Origin: Methanobacteriota archaeon
GTDB lineage: Archaea; Thermoplasmatota; Thermoplasmata; Methanomassiliicoccales; UBA472
NCBI GenBank assembly: GCA_012729095.1
Contig: JAAYDU010000052.1
Location: 560-64,559, forward strand
Direction: 5' to 3'
DNA length: 64,000 nucleotides
The notes under the pieces are model-generated. The model did not search any database and was not told where the DNA came from. It saw nothing but the letters and a program-made list of their open reading frames with translations. The first letter of the stretch is position 1, and every line of letters begins with the position of its first letter. Of the stretch, positions 44,653-52,770 are shown one piece after another. The position numbers and the translations under genes were made by a program.

Positions 44653-46305
44653 ATGCCGAGAGAGAACATCACCAGGGAAGCGACCATCGGCCAGCTCCTG
44701 GACGAGATGGTGGAGAGGATACCGGACCAGGACGCCGTGGTGTACGCGGACCGCGACTACCGGCAGACCTGGAAGGAGTTCCAGGAGACCGTGGATAGAA
44801 CGGCAAAGGGCCTCATGGCGCTGGGCGTGAAGAAGGGAGAGAAGGTCGCCATCTGGGCCACGAACGTTCCGCACTGGGTGACCCTGCAGTTCGCCACGGC
44901 CAGGATAGGGGCGATCCTGCTGACAATAAACATCAACTATCGCTCCGCGGAGATAGATTACCTGCTCAAGCAGTCGGACTGCGAGAACATGTTCATCATC
45001 GATGGATACCGGGACACCGATTACGTGAACACGCTGTACGAGCTCGTACCGGAGCTGAAGGTGCAGCCCAGGGACCGGCTTAGCTCCGAGCGATACCCGC
45101 ACCTGCGCCGGGTGCTGTTCATGGGGCCGGAGAAGCATCGCGGCATGTACTCCTGGAACGAGCTGCTGGCAATGAGCGTGGCCGTCGGGGACGACGAGTA
45201 CCGCCAGAGGCAGGAGTTGCTTTCCACGCATGACGTGGTCAACATGCAGTACACCTCCGGCACCACCGGCTTTCCGAAAGGCGTTATGCTCACCCACTTC
45301 AACATCACCAACTGCGGGTACTGGGTCGGAGTGAACGAGAACTTCACCACCGACGACCGGGTGTGCATCCCAGTGCCGCTGTTCCACTGCTTCGGCTGCG
45401 TGCTGGCGGTGATGGCCTGCCTCAACCACGGGGCCACCATGGTCATCCTGGAGAGGTACGACCCCGTGAACGTCATGATGTCCATCGAGCGGGAGAGATG
45501 CACGGCCGTGTACGGGGTACCGACCATGTTCATCGGAATACTGGACCACAAGCTGTTCGACAAGTTCGATTTCTCAACCCTGCGAACGGGCATCATGGCC
45601 GGCTCCCCCTGCCCCGTCAAGACGATGAAGGAGTGCGTGGAACGCATGAACATGCGGGAGGTGACCATAGTCTACGGCCTTACGGAGAGCAGCCCGGCCA
45701 TGACCCAGAGCCGTTACGACGAGCCCAGCCTGGAGAAGAAGTGCTCCACGGTCGGAAAGGCCTTCCCGGGTATAGAGGTGGCAATAATAGATCCGGAGAC
45801 GGGTGAGCACCTGGGGACGGGGGAGCACGGTGAGCTCTGCTGCCGCGGGCACAACGTCATGAAGGGATACTACAAGATGCCCGAGGAAACGGCCAAGGCA
45901 ATTGACGAGGAGGGCTGGCTGCACTCCGGTGACATCGGAATGATGGACGAGGACGGCTATTACGCCGTCACCGGGCGCCTCAAGGACATGATCATCCGGG
46001 GAGGGGAGAACATTTACCCCAAGGAGGTGGAGGACTTCATCTACCACATGGACGGGGTGGCCGACGTGCAGGTGGTCGGCGTTCCCTCGAAAAAGTACGG
46101 GGAGGTTCCCGGCGCCTTCATCGTCAAGAGGCCGGGGTCCAAGATCACCGCCGAGGACATCGTGGACCACTGCCGCGGGAAGATAGCCTTCTACAAGATA
46201 CCCAAGCACGTGCACTTCATCGACGAGTACCCGATGACCGCAAGCGGGAAGATCATGAAGGTGAGGCTGCGTGAGATGGCCTCCAAGCTCTGGCCGGACG
46301 CCTGA
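44653..46305 (+). CDS. AMP-forming acyl-CoA synthetase (FadD-like adenylate-forming enzyme)
   Basis: MQYTSGTTGFPKGVMLTH, GELCCRGHNVMKGYY, WLHSGDIG...GRLKDMIIRGGENIYPKEVE, SGKIMK. Confidence 0.9.
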   Translation: MPRENITREATIGQLLDEMVERIPDQDAVVYADRDYRQTWKEFQETVDRTAKGLMALGVKKGEKVAIWATNVPHWVTLQFATARIGAILLTININYRSAEIDYLLKQSDCENMFIIDGYRDTDYVNTLYELVPELKVQPRDRLSSERYPHLRRVLFMGPEKHRGMYSWNELLAMSVAVGDDEYRQRQELLSTHDVVNMQYTSGTTGFPKGVMLTHFNITNCGYWVGVNENFTTDDRVCIPVPLFHCFGCVLAVMACLNHGATMVILERYDPVNVMMSIERERCTAVYGVPTMFIGILDHKLFDKFDFSTLRTGIMAGSPCPVKTMKECVERMNMREVTIVYGLTESSPAMTQSRYDEPSLEKKCSTVGKAFPGIEVAIIDPETGEHLGTGEHGELCCRGHNVMKGYYKMPEETAKAIDEEGWLHSGDIGMMDEDGYYAVTGRLKDMIIRGGENIYPKEVEDFIYHMDGVADVQVVGVPSKKYGEVPGAFIVKRPGSKITAEDIVDHCRGKIAFYKIPKHVHFIDEYPMTASGKIMKVRLREMASKLWPDA

Positions 46306-46361
46306 CCCCAAACCTTAATCTACAAAGGGCTGCCATAGTTCCGTTCACAGGTGGTTTCGAC

Positions 46362-46538
46362 ATGCCCGAGAAGGACGTTACAGTGGTTCTAAACGAAAAA
46401 GGCCAGGAACTGAAGAAGCTGTTCAAGGACTTCGACGCCAACATCGAGCAGTGGAAGTTCTCGGTGGAGGAGACCAAGGACGGCCTGCGCGTAGAGTTCG
46501 CGGCCAAGGCCCTCTTCAAGAAGAAGGAGCCCGCCTAG
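46362..46538 (+). CDS. Small protein (58 aa), paralog of 48052..48249
   Basis: Own translation: MPEKDVTVVLNEKGQELKKLFKDFDANIEQWKFSVEETKDGLRVEFAAKALFKKKEPA. By hand alignment about 14 of 35 positions match the 65-aa protein (shared E-x-W-K-x-S-x-E-E-x-x-D-G-x-R ... KK). Confidence 0.5.
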   Translation: MPEKDVTVVLNEKGQELKKLFKDFDANIEQWKFSVEETKDGLRVEFAAKALFKKKEPA

Positions 46539-47350
46539 GACAGCATCTCCTTCAACCTTTTCATCTTTTCCGGGGCCATTCTGAAGTCTGGCCTGCGGTC
46601 GATCAGCTCCAGGTAGCTGGCTGCCCGTTTCATATCCCGGATCCCGTAGTGCCCCCTGGCCAGCTTGACCAGCTTTTCGGGCGTGGTCATGTCCAGGAAC
46701 GAGGCCAGCGCGCAGGCCAGGTCGTAAGATACCTTCTCCTTTTCCGGGGCGTCCCTCAGGAAGTTGCCCACGTCCATGATGTACACCTGATCGGCGAACA
46801 GGAAGTTCTCCGGCTTGATGTCCCCGTGATATATCCCGTTCCTGTGCATCAGACGAAGGTGCTCGAATGCCTTGTCCAGCTGCGCCTCGCTGACCTTCCT
46901 TGTAGCGGACGATGCGGCCTCCAGGAACTCGGCTACGAACAGCCACATACCACCCGGGATGGCGAACGTCCCCAGGGGCTTGGCGGTCGGTATGCCCAGA
47001 CGGTGTACCTGTCCCATGGTCTCGAACTGATGAGCGGCCAGTTCCTTCGCGGAACGGTTGAAGTCGAACAGCGCCGGGCGGCCCTCCATCTGCAGGTAGA
47101 CGTTCTTGAAGAACTGAATGGTCTTCTCGGTCATGATGTCGCTGCCCCCAAGGATCTTGGCGAAGTAGCGCACCGGGGATCCGGTGCTGTCCACCCCCTC
47201 GATCCTTATCGGAATGGACAGCCTGGAGCCCTCCGAGCCCAGTGGCGTCACCTTCACCTGCCGCAGCTTGAAAGACTCCACCATTATGAGGTGGATGGAT
47301 CGCAGCACATCGCGGAAGTGCTCCTTCTGGTCGTCCCGTGACGGGCTCAT
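46535..47350 (-). CDS. Protein kinase-like fold protein (RIO/Kdo/lipopolysaccharide-kinase-like)
   Basis: Catalytic loop IYHGDIKPENFLF and IMDVG (DFG-like); 271 aa. Confidence 0.7.
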   Translation of the reverse strand: MSPSRDDQKEHFRDVLRSIHLIMVESFKLRQVKVTPLGSEGSRLSIPIRIEGVDSTGSPVRYFAKILGGSDIMTEKTIQFFKNVYLQMEGRPALFDFNRSAKELAAHQFETMGQVHRLGIPTAKPLGTFAIPGGMWLFVAEFLEAASSATRKVSEAQLDKAFEHLRLMHRNGIYHGDIKPENFLFADQVYIMDVGNFLRDAPEKEKVSYDLACALASFLDMTTPEKLVKLARGHYGIRDMKRAASYLELIDRRPDFRMAPEKMKRLKEMLS

Positions 47351-48051
47351 ACCTCCGCCTCCTTGTTCCCCTCATCGGTAACCTCCTCGGCGGCGGCCTT
47401 TCTGGCGGCCATGCGGGCCTTGGTGGCCTTCTTTGACATGGAACGGAGGGCCAGGAACAGCTTCAGGGCCTGCAGCCGGTGCACCTTGAACCCCTTGTCC
47501 ACACCCCGTCCGAGCTCCATGATCGGAACGCCCTGATGGGAGTATACCACCCTCCATACGACCAGGTCAGGCACGTTGAAGAAGAACTCGCTGGTGTTCA
47601 CGTTGATGTCCTTCCCCTTGATGGTGACGTCCATGTCCACCATTCCGGGGCGCTTGATCGGGATGTTCACCCCGTAGCCGAACACGGCCCGGAACAGGGC
47701 GTAGGTGATGACCTCCACCGTGCCAACGTCCAGCTTGCGGTTGAGCACCGCGTCCTTGGGCGACCTGCCGCTCCGATCCACCGGGCCGGCCGGAACGTAA
47801 TCGTTCAGACCGTCCTTTTCCAGGTAGGGGGCGCCCTCCTTGTGGTACTCGCTTTGGAACTTGACCGGACCATTCTCCCCCCAGACCTCCTCGAAGCCCT
47901 GCAGGTCCTGGTCCACGTCCATGATCTCCGAGCCTATGCCCTCCTTGTGGAACTCGCTTATGATCGTGCGGCAATCGGGGTCCTTCCAATCGGCGGCGCA
48001 CATGAGCACCCTCTCCCGGGGCGCCTCCTCATCGTCTTGCATGTTGGGCAC
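47347..48051 (-). CDS. Hypothetical protein, acidic N-terminus and Lys/Ala-rich C-terminal tail
   Basis: 234-aa ORF with good coding composition. 4-nt overlap with the kinase-like gene and directly abutting the upstream small gene. No family recognised. Confidence 0.6.
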   Translation of the reverse strand: MPNMQDDEEAPRERVLMCAADWKDPDCRTIISEFHKEGIGSEIMDVDQDLQGFEEVWGENGPVKFQSEYHKEGAPYLEKDGLNDYVPAGPVDRSGRSPKDAVLNRKLDVGTVEVITYALFRAVFGYGVNIPIKRPGMVDMDVTIKGKDINVNTSEFFFNVPDLVVWRVVYSHQGVPIMELGRGVDKGFKVHRLQALKLFLALRSMSKKATKARMAARKAAAEEVTDEGNKEAEV

Positions 48052-48249
48052 CTACTTCTTGACAAGTACCTGGAAGCGGGCATAGATGCGCGTGCCGTCG
48101 GAAAATTCCTCCATTGACACCTTCCAGTCCTCCAGCTCAGCGTTCAGGTTGTCGAAGAACATGTCGATCTCGTCAACGATCTTCTCCACGTTCTCCGGCT
48201 TGCCCCCCACCAGATGGAGCATGGAAGCCATCTTCTCTTTCTTGCCCAA
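48052..48249 (-). CDS. Small protein (65 aa), paralog of 46362..46538
   Basis: MGKKEKMASMLHLVGGKPENVEKIVDEIDMFFDNLNAELEDWKVSMEEFSDGTRIYARFQVLVKK. First gene of the three-gene operon. Confidence 0.55.
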   Translation of the reverse strand: MGKKEKMASMLHLVGGKPENVEKIVDEIDMFFDNLNAELEDWKVSMEEFSDGTRIYARFQVLVKK

Positions 48250-48373
48250 GGAACACCTCGGGCAATTATCTCAGCACGGATTAGATATCCTTTTGCATGC
48301 GCGGCGGGGTCCCTGGAAAGCGGTGAGAATGTGCGAACGTATTTATGATTACCATTCATCATGCTTCAGGAGC

Positions 48374-49483
48374 ATGGAGCAGCCTTCGATCCTCACCTTC
48401 GACGACAGCGTTCTCGCCTTCACGGAGGAGGCGTCCGCTGAACTGGCCAGGCAACAGGACCTGCTGGAGATGGTCAAGGATGAGCGGAAGTGGCAGTGGA
48501 AAAGCACCGTGGTGCCCATGCTGCTCTTGCTCCTGACCGCCGTTCTGATGTTCCAGTACCCCAAGGCCCTCTGGAGCTGGTTCATCGCCTGCTTGATGCT
48601 CTACTCCTGGAACTTCATATTCCTGCTGCTCCCGACAACCAGGAAGGGCGTGCGGTCCGACGGCAACGTGGTCAGGATGAAGAAGACCCGGGAGCAGAGG
48701 AAGCTGGCCCTGCGCCGGCTGTTGGGGAAGCCGAAGCTGGTCCTGGAGATAGTCATCACCCTGTTCCTGGGAAGGATGGTGCCTCTCACCGTGGTCTTCA
48801 CCATGATACTCGGCGCGGGAATACTTGTGCTGGTGGCCTTCATCCTCACCGGTTACACGGCCGTCGCGGGATTGGCAAGGCTCATCATCGTACAGGTCGT
48901 GCTCATATTCATCTTCTACACCCTGGTTAACTTCCTCGAACCCCAGACCCAGGGCGTATCGGAGATTGCCCGCTCCTGGAAACGGAGGATGGGGGCCGCC
49001 AAGCTGAAGGGGAGGACCGCCTCGTTCATAGTGAAGTCGGCCGCCGTCGGGGTGCTGGTAACTGTGGCCATCATTTTCATCGGGGCGCTGGTTCTGCCGG
49101 GATACACATTCGTCACGCTCCTGCTGACCTCTACGAAGGAGTTCGGGCTGCTGGACGCGTTCCTGTTCATCGGCATAATCCTGGAGCAGTTCTGGATAAT
49201 GAGGAGCTTTCAAAGCGTCATGAGCGTGCGCATGGCCAACCAGATCCTCAACGAGAGGATAGACAAGCTGCAGGGACTGGTGGAGACATCGAGAGGGATA
49301 GAGGACAGGTTCCCCGAGGACCTGGACCGCTCCGACGCAATGCGGGCGGTCAGGGGAGAGTTCTACTCGCTCATGCTCTACGACATCTATCGCATGGACT
49401 TCTTCGGGAAGTTCCCGGTGTACGTGGTAGGGCCGCGCAGGAAGTACGTTTTCGACGAGAAGGTGCTGAGCCACGTCCCCTGA
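48374..49483 (+). CDS. Polytopic membrane protein (hypothetical)
   Basis: At least 6 hydrophobic helices, soluble C-terminal tail. Start placed at ATG 48374 (MEQPSILTF) because the track ORF from 48086 overlaps the divergent small gene; 48329 is also possible. Confidence 0.6.
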   Translation: MEQPSILTFDDSVLAFTEEASAELARQQDLLEMVKDERKWQWKSTVVPMLLLLLTAVLMFQYPKALWSWFIACLMLYSWNFIFLLLPTTRKGVRSDGNVVRMKKTREQRKLALRRLLGKPKLVLEIVITLFLGRMVPLTVVFTMILGAGILVLVAFILTGYTAVAGLARLIIVQVVLIFIFYTLVNFLEPQTQGVSEIARSWKRRMGAAKLKGRTASFIVKSAAVGVLVTVAIIFIGALVLPGYTFVTLLLTSTKEFGLLDAFLFIGIILEQFWIMRSFQSVMSVRMANQILNERIDKLQGLVETSRGIEDRFPEDLDRSDAMRAVRGEFYSLMLYDIYRMDFFGKFPVYVVGPRRKYVFDEKVLSHVP

Positions 49484-49535
49484 ACTTCCGTTCAAAGAAT
49501 AATCCCAAATATCACCAGCCTAATCCCGGCGTCCG

Positions 49536-50327
49536 ATGCCTAAGGTCGAGATCGGGGACGCGCGCATCAACTACGAGTCCCATGGGGAAGGGGAGCCGCT
49601 GGTCCTCATCACCGGTCTGGGAGGGGAGATATCATTCTGGAAGAAATACATCCCGCTGCTGGCCAGGTCGCATCAGGTCGTAGTTCTGGACAACCGAGGA
49701 GCGGGAGACACTGAGTATCCTCCGACACTGTTCACCATGAGCACCCTGGCCGATGACGTGGCCGGCCTCATGGAGCACCTGGGACACGACCGCTACCATG
49801 TACTGGGATGGTCCATGGGCGGGAACGTGGCCCAGAAGGTGGCCTTGGAACGCCCGCGCAACGTTGGCGCGCTCGTGCTGATGTCCACCTACACCCGCAG
49901 GCCGGAGCGCTCCTCCTTCGCCATAGACACGATGATACGCACCGTGGATGAGGGGGCGACCTTCGACTCGCTGATGGAGCTGATGCAGTCATGGTGTCTC
50001 CCAGAGGATTACTTCAGAAAACTGGCCCTGGCCAAGCCAGCCCAGCGGCGTTGCAATGGCAATGGAAGGAAGGCCGCGGAAGGATTCAAGGCGCAGAAGC
50101 TGGCCCTGGACCTGTTCGACAGTAGGGACCATCTGGACAGGATAACCGCCCCCACGCTCATTGTGCACGGTGACGAGGACATAATGGTCGCCCCGCACTT
50201 CGCCAGAGAACTCGCCGATCTGATAGAGGGCTCGCAGCTGGACTGGGTCCCCGGTGCGGGCCACATCGTTCCGGCCGACCGGTGCTGCGGTCGCGTGCTC
50301 AGGTTCCTGAGGAATCACCCGCTCTGA
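49536..50327 (+). CDS. Alpha/beta hydrolase fold protein
   Basis: HVLGWSMGG nucleophile elbow, LITGLGG, C-terminal GAGH. Confidence 0.85.
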   Translation: MPKVEIGDARINYESHGEGEPLVLITGLGGEISFWKKYIPLLARSHQVVVLDNRGAGDTEYPPTLFTMSTLADDVAGLMEHLGHDRYHVLGWSMGGNVAQKVALERPRNVGALVLMSTYTRRPERSSFAIDTMIRTVDEGATFDSLMELMQSWCLPEDYFRKLALAKPAQRRCNGNGRKAAEGFKAQKLALDLFDSRDHLDRITAPTLIVHGDEDIMVAPHFARELADLIEGSQLDWVPGAGHIVPADRCCGRVLRFLRNHPL

Positions 50328-51256
50328 GCCAGACCGGGGATCTTGGTGTCCATACCCTCCCGGCCGAACACCGCCACCCGACTGTCCGATTTCTCGTTGA
50401 GCAGGCACATCCCGAGCTCACTGGCCACCCGGCGGCCGAACTCCAGTACCTCTGCGTGGGAGGGCATGTTGCTCATGGACATGCGCCGGCGGGCGTCGCC
50501 GACGAAAACGAATCCCTTCGGCTCAACGAATGTGGGATCGGCCTTGCGGTCCAGTGCGGCATACTCGCTCTCCCAGCCCAGGTTCCAATCCTTTACCAGG
50601 GTGTGCCTGATGACCGTTCTCGTGTCTAGGGACGGAAGCAGCTCCAGGGTCTGCATGATCCTCTCCCACCCGTCATCTATGCGAGGCACGCATAGCTTGC
50701 GGTATATATCCTCGTTGGGAGCGGCCACCGTCACATAGAGCTGGGTGGGAAGTTCCGACAGGTTTTCCAGGACCTTGGGGAACGTTCCGTTGGTAACTAG
50801 GAAGGTGGTCATTCCCCGACGGTGGCAGAGTTCGATGAAATCCCCCAGGTACGGGTACATGGTCGGCTCCCCGGCCAGGGATATGGCCACCTGATCGGGG
50901 TTTCGCGCCTCCTCCCACATCGCAGGGGAGCAGCGGGGGTCCCCTTTGAAACCGGTGACCAGCTGCCTCTGCCCTTCTATGCACGTGTCGAGTACCGTCT
51001 CGGGGTCCTGCCACTTGGTGACCGTCGACTCGAAACCGCGCACCCGCCAGCAGAACAGGCAGTTGTGAGTGCAGTCGTTGACCACCGGTGTCATCTGAAG
51101 ACAGCGATGGGAACGTATCCCGTAAAAGTCCTGCTTGTAGCAAACGCGGTCCTTGATCAGGCTCTGCTTCATCCAATGGCACAGCTTCACGCCGGCATGG
51201 TCGCCGCACAGCCGGTAATGCTGTTTCTGCAATATCTCACGCAGATCGTTCTTCAT
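50315..51256 (-). CDS. taw1: 4-demethylwyosine synthase (radical SAM, Taw1/Tyw1)
   Basis: CTHNCLFCWR radical-SAM cluster plus upstream Cys motif (VKLCHW...RVCYK). Length and layout are typical of archaeal Taw1. Confidence 0.88.
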   Translation of the reverse strand: MKNDLREILQKQHYRLCGDHAGVKLCHWMKQSLIKDRVCYKQDFYGIRSHRCLQMTPVVNDCTHNCLFCWRVRGFESTVTKWQDPETVLDTCIEGQRQLVTGFKGDPRCSPAMWEEARNPDQVAISLAGEPTMYPYLGDFIELCHRRGMTTFLVTNGTFPKVLENLSELPTQLYVTVAAPNEDIYRKLCVPRIDDGWERIMQTLELLPSLDTRTVIRHTLVKDWNLGWESEYAALDRKADPTFVEPKGFVFVGDARRRMSMSNMPSHAEVLEFGRRVASELGMCLLNEKSDSRVAVFGREGMDTKIPGLAQSG

Positions 51257-51263
51257 GTTGCAC

Positions 51264-52688
51264 CTAGTATTCGAAAAGGGATGCCTGTTTCCCCTTCGGC
51301 TCCGGTCTCTTTTCCGGTTTCTCTTCCTTATCGTCCACGGCAGGGACGGCAGGCGATTCCGGCCGCTCCTTCAACGCCCTGGCCTTCTCGGACTCGATCA
51401 TCAGCTTCTTGACCTCGGAGGAATCGACCTTCTTTTCCAGAATGAAGGCGACCTCCTCGGTGCTCAGCCGCATCTCGTTGATCATGGACACCCGGAACTC
51501 CCGGTCCGCCCTGAATATCTCCGTCATGTACGGCAGAACGTCCTGCGCCGACCTTCTGGTCGAGTTGTGGGTGTGTTCGGATATCTTGCGGGCGATGCCG
51601 GTCCTCATGGACCTGAGGGCCTTGCTGCGGGACATCTTCATGATGTAACTGGGGAAGCGGTACTGCACCCATCCCCTGTTCGGGCGGGACTTGGCGGAAC
51701 ACACACCGATCACATTATGATCGTTGGCATAGGACCAGAAACCATAATACTGACGCCTGTAGACCCTGCCCAGGAACATGCTCGACCTGGACAGGTGCAG
51801 GTACGCCCGGTGAAGGTCCTCAGGGTCCTTGTACTCCAGGGGGACGTTCTCGTCCAGCCACATCATTATGTGGTCTGGCGTTTCGTCCACGTCCATCTGG
51901 GTGCGGCGGGCGCGCCGCACGTCCGAATCGTGCAGTATGTCCCGCATCAGATCGTACATGCTCTTGACGGACATCCTGCTCTGCAGTACGAATGCGTCAT
52001 CCTCGTCCATGTTCAGGTTGCCTTCCCCGACCGCCTGCAGGTCGCGTACGGCCGCGCGCATGTCCCCGTTTGAGTTCTCGATGATTGTCTCGAACACCCT
52101 CTGCGGCACCTCCAGCTCCTGATCGATAGCTATCCTGCGCAGCACGTTGCGCATGGTGCCCGCCTGCACCCTGGAGACCCTAAGCTGAAGGGTGCTGTTC
52201 TTGATGGCCGAGCTCTTCCTGCTCAGCTCGTAGAAATCGTTGACTATGAGTATCACGGGCTGCTGGGTATTCGCCACCAGCTCGGCGATGGCTGGGATGC
52301 CGCCTGAGTCCTCGCGGCCGAATATGTTGTCCGCCTCGTCCAGTATGATCAGCTTCAGCCGCCCGTCCTTGCTGGAAAGGAACTCTCCCTCGTCGGTGAA
52401 CGTCTCGGAACGGGAACCGCGTATAGCGACCCTTTTTATGGCCTCGGCGTTCCTCTGGTCCGAGGCGTTCATCTCAACCACCCCCCAGTTCAGGTCCTTT
52501 GCCAAGGCCAGAGCGGCGCTTGTCTTTCCCACGCCAGGCGGGCCCATGAGCACCACGGCCTTGTGAACGGGATGCCCTTCCTCCCAGGAGATCGCCCACT
52601 GACGGAGGTCCTTGATGACCTTGGGATTGCCTACCACTTCAGAAAGCCCCTGCGGACGGTAGAGCTCGGTCCAATCGTCAGCCATCAT
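51264..52688 (-). CDS. rfcL: Replication factor C large subunit
   Basis: WTELYRP, GPPGVGKTS, ILDEADN, acidic/Lys-rich C-terminus ending in the PIP-like QASLFEY. Confidence 0.92.
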   Translation of the reverse strand: MMADDWTELYRPQGLSEVVGNPKVIKDLRQWAISWEEGHPVHKAVVLMGPPGVGKTSAALALAKDLNWGVVEMNASDQRNAEAIKRVAIRGSRSETFTDEGEFLSSKDGRLKLIILDEADNIFGREDSGGIPAIAELVANTQQPVILIVNDFYELSRKSSAIKNSTLQLRVSRVQAGTMRNVLRRIAIDQELEVPQRVFETIIENSNGDMRAAVRDLQAVGEGNLNMDEDDAFVLQSRMSVKSMYDLMRDILHDSDVRRARRTQMDVDETPDHIMMWLDENVPLEYKDPEDLHRAYLHLSRSSMFLGRVYRRQYYGFWSYANDHNVIGVCSAKSRPNRGWVQYRFPSYIMKMSRSKALRSMRTGIARKISEHTHNSTRRSAQDVLPYMTEIFRADREFRVSMINEMRLSTEEVAFILEKKVDSSEVKKLMIESEKARALKERPESPAVPAVDDKEEKPEKRPEPKGKQASLFEY

Positions 52689-52770
52689 CCTTCACAATGA
52701 CCGCCTCGGTAATAAAACTGAGCAATAGAAAAATGAAAATGGGGAAAGGGGAGGGTTTGGGCCCTCGTTC

